64,000 bases of DNA from the human T2T-CHM13v2.0 reference genome, Homo sapiens, in the NCBI RefSeq assembly GCF_009914755.1, contig NC_060942.1; one strand, written 5' to 3'. Position 1 is the first letter of the stretch, and every line of letters begins with the position of its first letter. The notes below the pieces were generated by a model that was not told where the DNA came from, did no database searches, and was given only the letters and a program-made list of their open reading frames with translations. The position numbers were made by a program, and so were the translations under genes. This document shows positions 19,315 to 33,869 of the stretch, in pieces.

Positions 19315-20205
19315 TGTGCAATGATTATGAATTCTAAAAAGCTGGTTGTTGTGGTTTAATTTAGATTCTGTTTGGAAAGGGAGAAGTGGTTGGGAAATGA
19401 GGAGGGAGAGAAGTGGAGGTAGCAATGTTTAAATGCCTGAAATGTGTCTCTTAAGGCAATAAGAAGGGTTTCTCTGGCAAGTGGCAAGTTACATGCTTTC
19501 AGTTAAAGAAAGTAATTAATACTGACCAATGCAAAGAAAATACAGGTATGGACTTAACAGGGCATCTGGTTATAACATTTGATTTTGGTTACTTATGGAA
19601 GGCTGAGCAAATTTAATTCTACTAAACCTGATGTGGTCCTTGGCAGATTAGTCTGGCAGTGTATTAAAAAGATGGATTCAGGGGGAAATAAACTTTACTC
19701 AAGGAAAATGTTATACAGTAATCCAAATATGAGGCATCCTTATATATACCAGCATAACAGCAAAGTTCAAGTAAAATCAGACATTATTTCTTATTTAATC
19801 TAGGTTATCAGCCCAAACTTCTAGTAAATATTTAAGAAAAATATTTGAAAATAGTCTATCAGTACTAAAATCTGATGGCTTGTTAAGACCATTAGTAAAC
19901 CCAATCTTTTTCTACTTGCTTAATTTTTTTACCTTCTTTTATTCCTCATTGTAATTATTCAAAGTTTGTGTTTTTTAGGTCATTCAGTCCTGCAGGCAAA
20001 AATTCCATTCAATTGTTTTGCTTTCTGTTGTTGAAATTACCTTTTTCGGTAATGATGCTTTTCTGAGATGTGAAACACCCCAGATGCTGAAATGATGAAC
20101 ATCATTTAAATACCTGAATAAACAAACTTGTCCGAGGGCTATCAATTTTTCTTTTTGAAGCTCCCTGTAACATTTCTTTATGCATCACCCGTTGTTAACA
20201 ACTTC

Positions 20206-20381
20206 ATTATGTTTCTAATTAATGTGTCCCCTTCCAGGCTAATAGTGTGCTATGTATTTTTGTTTAGAAAAACAAGAATTCTGCCTCTTTCTCTTTTTTT
20301 CTAGAGGCCAGAAAGAAACACCTGGGGAAGCCACCATGACCCTCCTGTTTCTAGTGTTTGGCACTGTATTCTCCATCAATT
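20206..20381 (+). repeat. Dispersed direct duplication, copy 1 (176 bp)
   Basis: Ungapped match to 21886-22061; 15 mismatches by manual count. Confidence 0.95.
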
Positions 20382-21094
20382 GCAGAACTTCCTCCTTAGC
20401 ACCCAGCTCAATGCCTGGCACATAACAGGCCCTCAGCAATATTGTTTTTTATTAGCCTGTTTCTTTGATTTGTGAATCTTCTGGAATATTAACAATCCTC
20501 TCTAGAGACTAGCTCTTTTCTCCTTCAGGGTTTCAGTTCTCGTATTAACTCTTATTTCTTGCTTTTGTAAACTGGATGCTTTAACATCTGCCCTGCATGG
20601 ACACGCAGGACATCCCTTGTTGTGGACAATCTGATAATATGTCTGAGTCACCTTGGCTCGGTCTCCTGCCCACTTGGTCATCCCCCTCCTCTGGGATGAC
20701 TCCTCCTTCTAAGGGCATGCTTTCAGTTTTTCCCACTGCTTCTGCCTGGTGACAAGCCCAGGTGCTCCTTTGTGTGCCCCAGCAATCCCCCCATGGCTGG
20801 AGCACCCTGTCTTCTAGTTACCTGTGAGTAACACATTATCTTTTCAGTGGCCATCATGTGACTATCTGACAGACTTACTATACGCAAATGTTTCTATTAA
20901 TACACTACATTTTTTTAAGTCCTGTATTTTACTTTCTACTTTTCTACTCCTGTATGTCTCCTCAGTTTCATTTAAGCCCTCTGAGAGTAGGGTATGTTTC
21001 TGTCTGCACCTTGACTCTTGACCAAGTTTTCTACTTTATTCTGGGTTCATGGATTTGACACAGGGGTGAGTTGGCTCACTCAGTCCTGATGTTC

Positions 21095-21875
21095 TCAGTA
21101 TCAGATTCAATGTCCAACTTTCTACTAAATATATCCCTTGGATGGTCTGTAGACAACTCAGTCAATATGTTCTGGAACAAACTCAAAATTTAACTTCAAC
21201 TCCTCCTCTGTCAGTAATTCACAAGACTGAGAGCCATTTGAATATGTTCATCCCACCAATATGCCATTACTGTAGTTCAAGTCTTATTGTGTTTCACTTA
21301 GTCTGTGACAATGGACTTCCAACTAGGTGTTTTTGGTTTTTTTTGCCCTTATCATCAAAATATTTTTTACACTGTCTGCTAATAGCTGGAACTTGAATGC
21401 AACCATGACTTTCAGGATATGGCCCCAAGTCTGTTTCTTGACATTTTAGGCCCTCCATGATCTCTCTGATTATGGCTTCCCTCTCAGCTTTACCTGCCAT
21501 TATTCCTGTTTTTTTTCACTAGCAATACTGAATTATTTGTGACTTCTTACCAAGGTGACAGACTTTTGTACTTCACGCCTTTGTGATCTTCTTCCATCAT
21601 TCTACCACCTTCTCCTAATTGTTCCCTGGATATATCCTACTCATTTTTTAAGCTTCAATTCAGCTATCTTCTCCTCTAAGAAGACCTTCCCTGAACCTTT
21701 ATAATCTTGTATTGTTTCTTTGTGCTTTTATAATAACGTGTGCTTTAAAAATTTTCTGTGTAGTTTATACATCGTCTTGACAATATTTCTAAAGTTTTCA
21801 CCTGTGCAGCACATATATTACTGAAGAATAGGTCTCAATTTTATATTTCTAGTGCCTATCCCAAGATTTGGAATG
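21095..21875 (+). mobile_element. L2 LINE 3' fragment
   Basis: 'tccaactttctactaaatatatcccttggatg', 'tcctactcattttttaagcttcaattcagctatcttctcctctaagaagaccttccctga'. Confidence 0.7.
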
Positions 21876-21885
21876 ATGTAATTGT

Positions 21886-22061
21886 ATTATGTTTCTAATT
21901 AATGTGTCACCTTCTACACTAATAGTATACTAAGTATTTTTGTTTAGAAAAACGAGAATTCTGCATCTTTCTCTTTTTTCCTAGAGGCCAGAAAGAAACA
22001 CATGGAGAAGGCACCACGCCCCTCCTGTTTCTAGTGTTTGGCACTGTATTCTCCATCAATT
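21886..22061 (+). repeat. Dispersed direct duplication, copy 2 (176 bp)
   Basis: Ungapped match to 20206-20381 at offset 1680. Confidence 0.95.
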
Positions 22062-23084
22062 ACTTCAAGGGAACCACAATCTGCCATCTGCTAGCTAAAT
22101 ATATCTGGTAGCAGGGGCAGGTAGACGTTTCTCTTCAATTCCCTGGTTGCTGGACACAAAAAAAGATTACTTAGCATGAGAAGATTTTGCAGAAAATCTC
22201 TAATGAGGGACTCACTCTGAATGGCCTATCAGATTCAGAAAAGCAGAAGTTAATGAAACGTACATTCATAATTGGGATACACACAATGAATACTAGTAGC
22301 ATAAAATAGTTTCCAGATTTCCTTTTACAGTTATGCTGAATGTATCAATTTTACCTACTCAGCAACTTTTTAAATGTAGGTCCTTGTTCTTGTCTCTTTA
22401 CCCTTTGTCTTTAGAATTTGCTTCTCTTCATGATTCACTTAGAAACTAATGATTGGTATCTGGTAAATAGTTATTGCATATTGAATGAATCTTAAATCCC
22501 AGGTTTATCTCTTCCAATCTGTCTGCTTTTTAGCTGTTAAAATTCTGCATTTTTTCTTCCTGACCCAGCAACCCACCAGTCCTGAACCTTCCTCCAGATT
22601 CAGATATATCAATATAAGGAAATCGTGATCTTAGACATAGTTCATTAAATAATACATGACTCCTCCAACATTATAGCACCAGGTAAATAGAAAAGTAAAT
22701 TTGGGGTTCCTGCTTCATGTTTAATTCTGTTTTGCCTTGAACCTATACCTTATTAAAGGCCTGAAACAGCCACATGAATTACTTAAAGGAATGATCATTC
22801 TCACCTTTGTACACAAAACAACATAGCTTTGGTGGCATTCTTTAGAAAGGAAATATGAGAGATTTAGTAATGTTAGTTTCTACTACTATGTAGCTGAAAA
22901 GTACCGCACTATTATTTCCAGTTTGTATTGAGTTTTAAAGGAAAGCAGGAGATAGGGGTAGGAGAATATCATTTGTCCACAAGCGAATAGGTAACCACTT
23001 CTCCCTCTTTCTTCTTGTTTATGCTGCACAGTTTATTTGTAAATTTTCCTCTAAATGCATATTATTGTTGATTATTTTAAAAGT

Positions 23085-24895
23085 TGCTTTTTATTTTTAT
23101 GTGCATTTTGGTTGAGATAAGAACAATTAACATGAGGTATAGCCTCCTGACAAATTTAAATGTACAATACATTGTTCTTAATTGTAGCACAATGCTGTAT
23201 AGCAGATCTTTAGAATTTATTCGTCTTGCATAACTTAAGCTATTTGCCCAATGAACAGCAACTCCTATTCCCATTTCCTTTAGGCCTTTCAACCACCATA
23301 CTATTTCCTGTTTCCATGAGTATGATTGCTTTGGATACTATATAGATGGAACCACACAGCATTTGTCCCTCTGTAATTGGCTTATTTCACTTAGCATAAT
23401 GTCCTCCAGATTCATCCATATTGTCGTAATTCACAAAATTCCCTTCTTTTTATAGTCTGAATAATATTGCACAGTGTCTGTAGTCCACATTTTCTTTATC
23501 CGTTCATCTGTCAATGGACATTTATATTGTTTCTATATCTTGGTTATTGTGAATAATGCCGCAATGCATATGGGAGTGCAAATATCTATCCAAGTTCTTG
23601 ATTTCAGTTATTTTTTATATATACCCAAGAAGGAGGTTTGATAGATCATACAATAATTCTATTTTTAACTTTTGGAATAACCTTCATACTTTTATCCATA
23701 GCAGCTGCACCATTTTAGATTCTGATGAACAGTGTACAAGGGTTCCATTTTCTCACCAACATTTTTTGTCTTTATTTTTATGACGATATCACTTCAAAAA
23801 AAGATGAAGTGATATTTCATTTCGATTTTGATTTGAAGTTCCCTAGGTGTTAGGCCGTTCTTGCCTTACTGTAAGGAAATACCTGAGACTGGGCAACTTA
23901 TAAAGAAAGAGGTTTAATTGTCTCATGGTTCTGCAGGCTGTACAGGGGGCATGGCACTGGGCATCTGTTTGGCTTCTGGTGAGGCCTCAGGAAACTTACG
24001 TTCATGGCAGAAGGCAAAGGGGGAGCCAGAGACTCACGGGGTGAGACAAGGAGTAAGAGAGTCAAGGGGCAGATGTCACACACTTTTAAACAGTCAGATT
24101 TCATGAGAACTTACTATCACAAGGACACCACCAAGAGGACGGTGCTAAACTATTCATGACAAATTCATCCCCACAATCCAGTCACCTCACACTAGGCCCC
24201 ACCACCAACATTGGAGATTCACTATTCAGCATCAGATTTAGAGGGGACAGCATCCAAACTATAGCACTCTAATTATTAAAGATATTAAGGATATTTTCAT
24301 ATACCTGTCGGCCATATGCGTGTCTTCTTTGGAGAAATGTCTATTCAAGTCCTTTGCCCATTTTGTAAAAAGGTCACTTGTGGTTATTCTTATTGAGTTA
24401 TAAGAGTTCCATCTATATTTTGAATGTTAACCATTTATCATATATATGGTATATAAAATTTTCTCCCATTCTGTGATTTGCCTTTTCACTCTGTTTATTG
24501 TTTTCTTTGCTGTGTAAAAGTGTTTTAGTTGGACGTAGTCCCAATTTTCTATTTCTGCTTTTGTTGCTTGTGCTTTTGATGTCATATTCAATAATTTGTT
24601 GCTAAGATCACTGTCATGAAGATTTTCCTCTATGTTTACTTCTGAGAGTTGTACAGTTTCAGGTTTTAATTTTAAGTCTTTAATTCCTTTTGAGTTGATT
24701 TTTATTTACAGTGTAAAATGAATCTACTTATATTCTTTTGCATGTGGATATCCAATGTTTTCAACTATTTGTCAAAGATACCATCTTTTCCCCTTTTTGT
24801 ATTCTTGGTACCTTTGTTGAAGATTAGTTGACCATATATATAAGTGTGGGTTTATTTCTGGACTCTCTCTTCTGTTCCATGAGTTTATATGTCAA
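23085..24895 (-). mobile_element. L1MA (MA8/9-like) 3' part, antisense, interrupted by an MST LTR
   Basis: 'gcacaatgctgtatagcagatctttagaatttattcgtcttgcataac', 'ggagaaatgtctattcaagtcctttgcccatttt'. Confidence 0.88.
23845..24265 (-). mobile_element. MaLR LTR MSTA
   Basis: 'gttaggccgttcttgcc..aaatacctgagactggg..ggcttctggtgaggcctcaggaaactt..catccaaactatagca'; L1 sequence resumes on both sides. Confidence 0.9.
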
Positions 24896-24896
24896 T

Positions 24897-25793
24897 GATG
24901 ATTCAATGTACACAGATCAATTAATATGCTACACCATGTTAACAGAAGGAACAATAAAAACTTCATGACCATCTCAATAGATGCAGAAAAACATTTGGCA
25001 AAGTCAACACACTTTCATAACAAAAACTCTCAAAAAACTAGGTGTAGAAGGAATTTACCTCCATATACTAATCGTCATACATGAAAAGCTCTCAGCGAAT
25101 ATAATACTCTAAGATGAAAGCACAAAGATTTTCCTTAGTATCCAGAAAAAACTAAGAATGACAACTCTTGCCACTTCTATTAAACATAGTACTGAAAGTC
25201 CTAGAGATAGCAGTTAGGCAAGAAGAAGAAATTGAATGCACCCAAATAGCAAAGAATTAAAAATATCCTTTGTAAGTGACATGATCTTATATGTAGAACG
25301 TCTTAAATACTCCATTTTAAAAACCTGGTTGAATGAATTCAGTAGTTCAATAAAATTGTAGAATAAGAAATAAAAATACAAATATCAGTAGAGTTTCTAA
25401 ACACCAACAATGAACTATCTGAAAAGAAAACAGTTTCATTCATAATTACCTCAAAAACATACTCAGGAATAAACTTAACCAAAAAGATAAAAGTCTTGAT
25501 GAAAAACCTCTTGAAAAGAGACAAATAAATTCAAAGACATCTGTGTTCCTGGACTGGAAGGCTCAATGTTGTTAAAATGTCTGTATTACCCAAATGATCT
25601 ACAGATTTCATGCAATCTCTATCAAAAACCAACGGCATTTTTTACAAATGTAGAAAAAGCAATTCTAAAATTCACATGAAATCACAGAGACCCTGAATAG
25701 CCAAAGCAATCTTGAGTAAGACAAACAAAGCTATAGACATCACACTTACTTATTTCAAAACATTACAAAGCTGTAATAATTAAAACAGAATGG
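24897..25793 (+). mobile_element. Inverted 5' segment of the same L1 (ORF2 RT region)
   Basis: Sense L1 ORF2 'atctcaatagatgcagaaaaacatttg' ... 'gaatagccaaagcaatcttgag' ... 'taaaacagaatggt'. Confidence 0.85.
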
Positions 25794-25794
25794 T

Positions 25795-26345
25795 CATTTT
25801 CTTTTTATTAAAGTTTTAGTTGTGTTAAAATACACATAACATAAAATTTACCATCTTAATCATTTGAAATTATACAATTCAATAGCATTAAGTACATTCA
25901 CATTATTTTGCTTCCACCACCACCATCCATCCACAGAACTTTTCATCTTGCAAAACCATACTTTTTAAACAATAGTTACCCATTCTCTTTCCTCCCCACC
26001 CCTGGTAGCTACTTTCTGTGGTGTATAGTACTTTTTGTCTCTATGAATTTGACTATTCTAGGTACCTTATCCAAGTAGAATTATAATTTTTTGGGGGGGC
26101 CTGGCTGATTTTACTCAGCAAAATGTCCTTAAGGTTAATTCATGTTATAGCATGTATAAAAATTCCTTCCTTCCTTTTATAAGGCAGAGAAATAATCCAT
26201 AATATATACATACCACATTTTATTTATCTATTCTACTCATCTCTTGAGGGACACTTGTATTGCTTTTGCATTATGGTTATTGCAAATAATGCTGCCATGA
26301 ACATGTATGTATTTATGTACTTGATTACAATCTTCTGGATTATAT
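25795..26345 (-). mobile_element. L1MB-like 3' end, antisense
   Basis: 'aaaatacacataacataaaatttaccatcttaatcattt', 'gtctctatgaatttgactattctaggtacc'. Confidence 0.85.
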
Positions 26346-26449
26346 AAAGAGTCTTACATATTATGAGATTTGAATCAATACTTTTGTAAAATCATTTCAT
26401 CTCAAAAATTATTACAAAAAGTATCTTTCTTTATTAATTTTGACACTGG

Positions 26450-27700
26450 AACAATTTAAGGAATATCAGAATTAATGGAAATTGGAATTAGAGGTGGAGT
26501 AAAGGAATGTACTACATTGATATTTGGGTGATGAACATCCTGACAGATGGAAAAGAAAAGGCAAAATTCTAGAAGTATGTTAAACAAAACAGGCAAGAAA
26601 TTCAGTCTAAGTGGAGCAGAATGAGTGAGGGGGAAAAGCAAGAGATGGGTTCAAAAGGTGGTTTTAGATCATATTTTGGATTTCACTTATTTAGGCATGG
26701 TTGTTAGTCATTTCAGGGTTTTGAGCAGAGGAATAGCATAGCTTGGTTTGTACATTTTTAAAATCACTCTGGCTGTTGTGCAGATAATAGATTGGAAAAG
26801 GGTAGAGAGACAAGAATAGATGAGGAAGAGTAGGTTATGGCAAAACTCAGGCATAATATCATAGTGGCTTTGACTAATCTGGCAATGATACAATTGTCAA
26901 GAGTGATGGGATTTAGAATACAGTATTTTGAAAATATAACTAATAGCTCATGCTGATGAATTAGAAGTTGGGTATGAGGGAAATAGAAGAATCCAGAATG
27001 ACTCCAGTTTTCTAAAACATTTTAGCCCTGAGCATCTGAGTGAATGGTATCACCTATACAGAGATTTTGGAGACTGTGAGAACTGTAATTTGTGGAGGTG
27101 AATCTAGAGTTTTATATTGGATGTGGTATGTTTCAGATGCATGTTTCTTTTTCCATGTGGAGATTACAAGTAGGTGATCAGACAAATATGAACTCAGAGG
27201 AGAAGCTCAGGCTGGAGAAATAAATCTGCAAGTAATCAGTATACTCATCATTTCTTACAGCAATAAAACTTGGCATCATAAAGAAAATAAATAAAGATGG
27301 AAATAAAATAAATCTGAGTCATGAGCCCTAGGTTACTTCAATATTTACAGATGGGAAAAAAATAGGATTATGAGAAACAGAATGAGAAGTGGCCAGTGAG
27401 GTAGAAGGAAAACCAGAAGAATGAAGTGCTCAAGATGCAGTGAAGAGAATTTTCCAGGACAAAGGGAGTGGGCCAATGTACTTAAAACAACATTGAATTT
27501 TAGCAAAGACATGGGAATGACTAGTTGACTTAGAAACAGGGGGATCACTGGATTCATTCATGAGAGTGATTTTTGGTTGCATAAGAGTGAAGAGGATAAA
27601 TTCAAATTAGGTTTAAGAAAAATTGTAATTAAAGAGATAGAGAACAATGCTTTCAGAACATTTTGCTGAAAAAGAGTATAGCACATGAAAGACTTATAGT
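26450..27700 (-). mobile_element. L2 LINE, antisense
   Basis: 'gggttttgagcagaggaat..tttttaaaatcactctggctgttgtg', 'agaatgactccagttttct..gccctgagcatctgagtgaatgg', 'ccagtgaggtagaaggaaaaccag'. Confidence 0.85.
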
Positions 27701-28894
27701 CATAGGAGTTTTAGTTTGTATGTTTGTTTAATGGAAGTAATTGCAGAGCATTTACATCCAGATAAGATTGATTTAACAGAGAGAAAAATACTGAAGATGC
27801 CAGAGAAAGAAGGTACAATTGTGGTAGCCAGATAAAGGGATAGGAAAGAGAGATAAAATCCAGTATAAAGGTGAAGAGAAACTTAAATAGAAACAGGAAC
27901 ATTTTATGTATTGTAACTGGTGGAAAGTAAATCTTATAGGTACAAACAGAGATATACTGGTAGATTTCTAGTGAGAAAACACATAAATTCTCTTTTCATT
28001 GCCTCTCTTCATGTGTTCAGTAAAATCAGGAGAAATTAATTTCATCAGATGAGACTGGGCAGAGTAAGGGGTTATGGACATTTGCAGAGGATACTAATAA
28101 AGGAAATATAGTAGCGTTCCTAGCCATGGCTCAGGGCCTCACTAGAGGTTAGTGATTCAGAATTTAAACTAGGACCACTCAGTGCATTGTGTATTTTGCT
28201 CTACCATATGCCACAATATAACCACTTCATTGAAGAAAAGAATGGGGAACACAAGAAGATTCAAAGACAATAAAAATAGATTAGACTCAATAGATTTCAC
28301 TTTCAAATGTTTTTCTACTTCTTTAGTTCCCATAATCACAATTTCAATTTTTGACATCAATTAGCCAGACTGGTGAACATTAAAGCAAACAGAGAATAAT
28401 GATTGTCTTGTTTTGTTTTTGTACGTGTCTTGTCTGGAGCTCCTAAGCAGATTATGCAGCAGGATTCTTAACATTAAAATGAAGGGTGAGTATGTTAAAG
28501 ACAGACACTCTCCTTTAAAGATGCAGTGTTTTTATTTGAAAAGATGATTATCCCCTACACATTTTCCCAACTATATAGATGAATTGTTTAAAAAGAAAAT
28601 ACATCACTCTACCGATGGCAAGAGTAAAGTAGAACCACAAAAAAGATTGAAATTGAAACATAGTCAACACAGTTAATGATGTTGTCTGTATATATGTGTA
28701 TATACACATATACACGCACAGAAAAAGACATGCACAGACACATACACGCACACAAACATGCACACATTTTCTAATTAAGATAGATTTCACATAGTTGAAT
28801 ATAAAATTCATGGAGAGTAATGTCAAATATGAGTAAGCTTTGGAACCGCTTTTTAAACGAAAAAAAAAGGATATTTAGAAAGTATACGATGACT

Positions 28895-29480
28895 ATTTTC
28901 CACTATAGAGACACCATTTGCCTATAAGCTCACCAACTGCAATTCCCTAGAACTCTTTCCGAAGATGTTAAATTTGCAAACAAATAGTCTTTTTGCACCG
29001 TGTTTCTTTGAAATGATTGGTTGCACATGCCCAACTGTTTCTCAGTTTCACTGTACAGTTCCTTAAAACCCTCGGGTAGATACCATCTGGTCCTGGTGAT
29101 TAATCTACATTTACTTTGTCAATTTTGTGAGAACATCTGAGTATTGACCACTGTTTGATCTGATACATCCAACCTGCTCATTGCCTGTAACAATCTGGAT
29201 TTGAGAATCTCCCTAATATCTTTCTAATTAATGTCTAAGGCAAAGAATTAATTCAGTCTGTCAGACCTCACATCTTTATCCTTGAGTACATCATTTACCC
29301 GAAAGTAACCAAAGATCCCATTGATGCCACTCCAGGTGAATTTCTGCATGGTTAACACCAAAACCTTTTTATTGTTTTCTAATTCTCTTATGAAGTATTT
29401 TTTGTCCAACTTACTTGCAGTTTACATATCAGTGAACTTTCTTCTCCTCATTCTGTCTCTAACACATTTGCCAGGCAGTC
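28895..29480 (-). mobile_element. Ancient CR1-clade LINE ORF2 fragment (EN-RT linker / RT start)
   Basis: Minus-strand translation: ..ELENNKK..VLKDKDVRSDRLN*FFA..KIDKVNVD*SPGPDGIYPRVL/ELYSETEKQL.MCNQSF..VQKDYLFANLT/IFGKSSR..LVSL. This follows the CR1 motifs LNEFFASVF, KSPGPDGIHPRVLKEL, VPEDW..ANVTPIFKKG. Confidence 0.88.
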
Positions 29481-30027
29481 TATTTTCTGCAAGTACTTGG
29501 TATTCTTGATAATTGGCACATATTTTGGATACACATTAAAGTACATATCAACAGTCTCCGAGATTTTTGTCTATATTGATTCTGAAAAAGACTCCCCACT
29601 TTTTTGCTGTTGTTCTTGCATGTGGACATTTTTTATCCCTTTCTCACTCCAGTGTTGAATTGAATTTTTATAGTAACTATTAACAGATTAGGAACTATTA
29701 TTATTAATGAAGACATTTTATTCCCTTCTCTGAGTGCCTGAAATTCCTGACATTGCCAATTGCTTTGTTTAAATGTGCACTCTGTCTAGAGAATATAATA
29801 AGGACAATTTGGACTTTCTTGTATAAAATTATAAGAATGATGAAAGAAAGTTATATTAAAAAGGAACACTTTTTATGAAATTCCACTGATAAATAAATGT
29901 CTAGAAATATTAAATTCAAGGTGACTATATATTGCTATTAACTTGCAACTATAGGACTAATTACAATACATTATACTTATCTTTCTCTGGAGAACTCAAA
30001 ACACTTAGCTTTATCACTAAGTGATAA

Positions 30028-30355
<328 letters not shown>

Positions 30356-31222
30356 AAGCTTTATCACTTTAATCTCACGGCAAGAGCTGTGAGCTGGGGA
30401 TGAGTAGGGAGAGAGGTTGATCTTGTCAAGATGACCATCCCATAATTGCTACTTTTTGCTGCTGTCTTTATTCTGTGTGAAGATAGACATGCCAGTACTT
30501 TCTACACAAAATATTTTCATGCAGCCATAACTCACAAAGTTTTTCATCTGTGCAAAATCCCAAAGTTATTTTACTTTCAGTCATAGCCAGGCAAACATTA
30601 ATAAATATAGCAAAATATAACTTTAGTAATTGAGCAATTTCAACTCAGTATTCATCTGTTTAAAAATTATTGCTTGCAGTGAGTCAACAACCAAATCTAA
30701 TAAGTAAATGAAATTGGGAGACATTAACAAACACAAAGGAAGTATTAGCTTGAGAGGAAATAGGGAAAAGTAAGATTCACTGTAGTATTCATTTCAGCCA
30801 TGTGAATAACTGCTTATCATACTCTCCCTAAGGGATCAATTAAAAATGAGTCTCAGGTGATGAAATGTATTTTCAGCAATAAAGACAGGCTTGTTTTATC
30901 ATTACTCCTATGTTCTTTGCATATATTCACCATTAATTAGCATAATCATATTTTCAGTATTATATATATGAAGTAAAATACAGCAAATCAAAAATAGAAA
31001 AAACACACACATACAAATTACACACACATACACACAGACACGAACACACATGTATACATTATGACTTTGCATAGCAAAACCACAGAAGAATTTCTCACCT
31101 TGGATCTGTTGCTGACATAACGTGTAGCTTTAGGCAAATTCTTTTTATGCATGAATTTTAGAGTAATTTAGAAGAAGTTAAGATAATATACCTGATACCA
31201 ATGTTACTGATCCAGTAACTAA

Positions 31223-31568
<346 letters not shown>

Positions 31569-31803
31569 GATAGACATTTATTTGGGTTTCCATAGTGTAC
31601 AGTTTATGGTACCTGGCCATCTCAGAGGATAGTCAGGACCATCTTTCTTGCTGCAGACTTGATCACAGACTCTACCTCACTGCACCATTGCTATTCCTCT
31701 AGTCTTCTGCTTTTACATTTTGAAGTCCATACTCTTGCTTCTGTTCAATCATTACTTACTCTGGCCCACTACAACAGGAAATTTGTCTATACTTCAGGAG
31801 TAA

Positions 31804-32226
<423 letters not shown>

Positions 32227-32781
32227 TAAGCATTTGACTTTGTTGCCCAAAGGCACCGTTTTACCATCTAATTCTTGGGGATTATTTATTTTGCCATCTG
32301 CTCTGGTTTTCCACAACTAAAAAATATGCTTTGTGCTTCCTTTGGAGCATTTTATCTCTCATTATTATATTCTCTTCTTTAATTGTGACCTTTTTGGCCA
32401 CATAAGATTTTCCTCACTACCCTTAAGTGTTCTATGAGCAGTTGCTTTCTTAGCGCTGCAAATAGTACAAAAGACTCATTCCTCCAACCTTTTTTAGATT
32501 GAAAGTACCTTTTTTGTCAGACTGTGTATTAGTCATCTATATGTTTACTATAACAACCAGCATGGTACTTTGATCTTGCTACATACTCAATAAACTTGTG
32601 AATTGAAACTGAGTAAGGAAATACTGAGAATTTTATAAAGATCTTCCACTTCCAGTGATAAATGCATGTGTTTATCACCCATCCCTCCCATATTCCACTG
32701 AAGTTAAAGGAGTAATTTTTAATTAATATATGACAGCCCTGGAGAATGAGAAAAGGTTCCCTCCACCAATTGAAAATTTGG

Positions 32782-33530
<749 letters not shown>

Positions 33531-33869
33531 GCAAATGGGGTTCTTCTTTACTGAGTCCTGCAGAAACTGTAAGCTCACGGTCATTAGGCACAAAAACACA
33601 TTAATGATCCATGGGCAATCCACAAATTAAAAAATGATAATGTATATATACGTTTTGGAACTATAATAATATACGATTATAGATATAAAATCATATTGTA
33701 GTTCCGAAGCGTTTCTGTTTTAAATGAAATTAAGAAAACCCCAGGTTTAATGCTGGATTTGAAGAAAAGAGGCAAAAATTTTCAATGTTAATGTACAGTT
33801 TTCATTTGCCTTGTTTTTTTTTTTTTTTTGGCAATGAGTATATATTGGGCTAGTACATTTAGCTTACTA

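Noticed and set aside
20206-22061. 176-bp direct repeats as LTRs of a small retroelement or a CRISPR-like array
   Set aside because: No TG..CA ends, PBS, PPT or TSD; interior is L2 debris; only two copies
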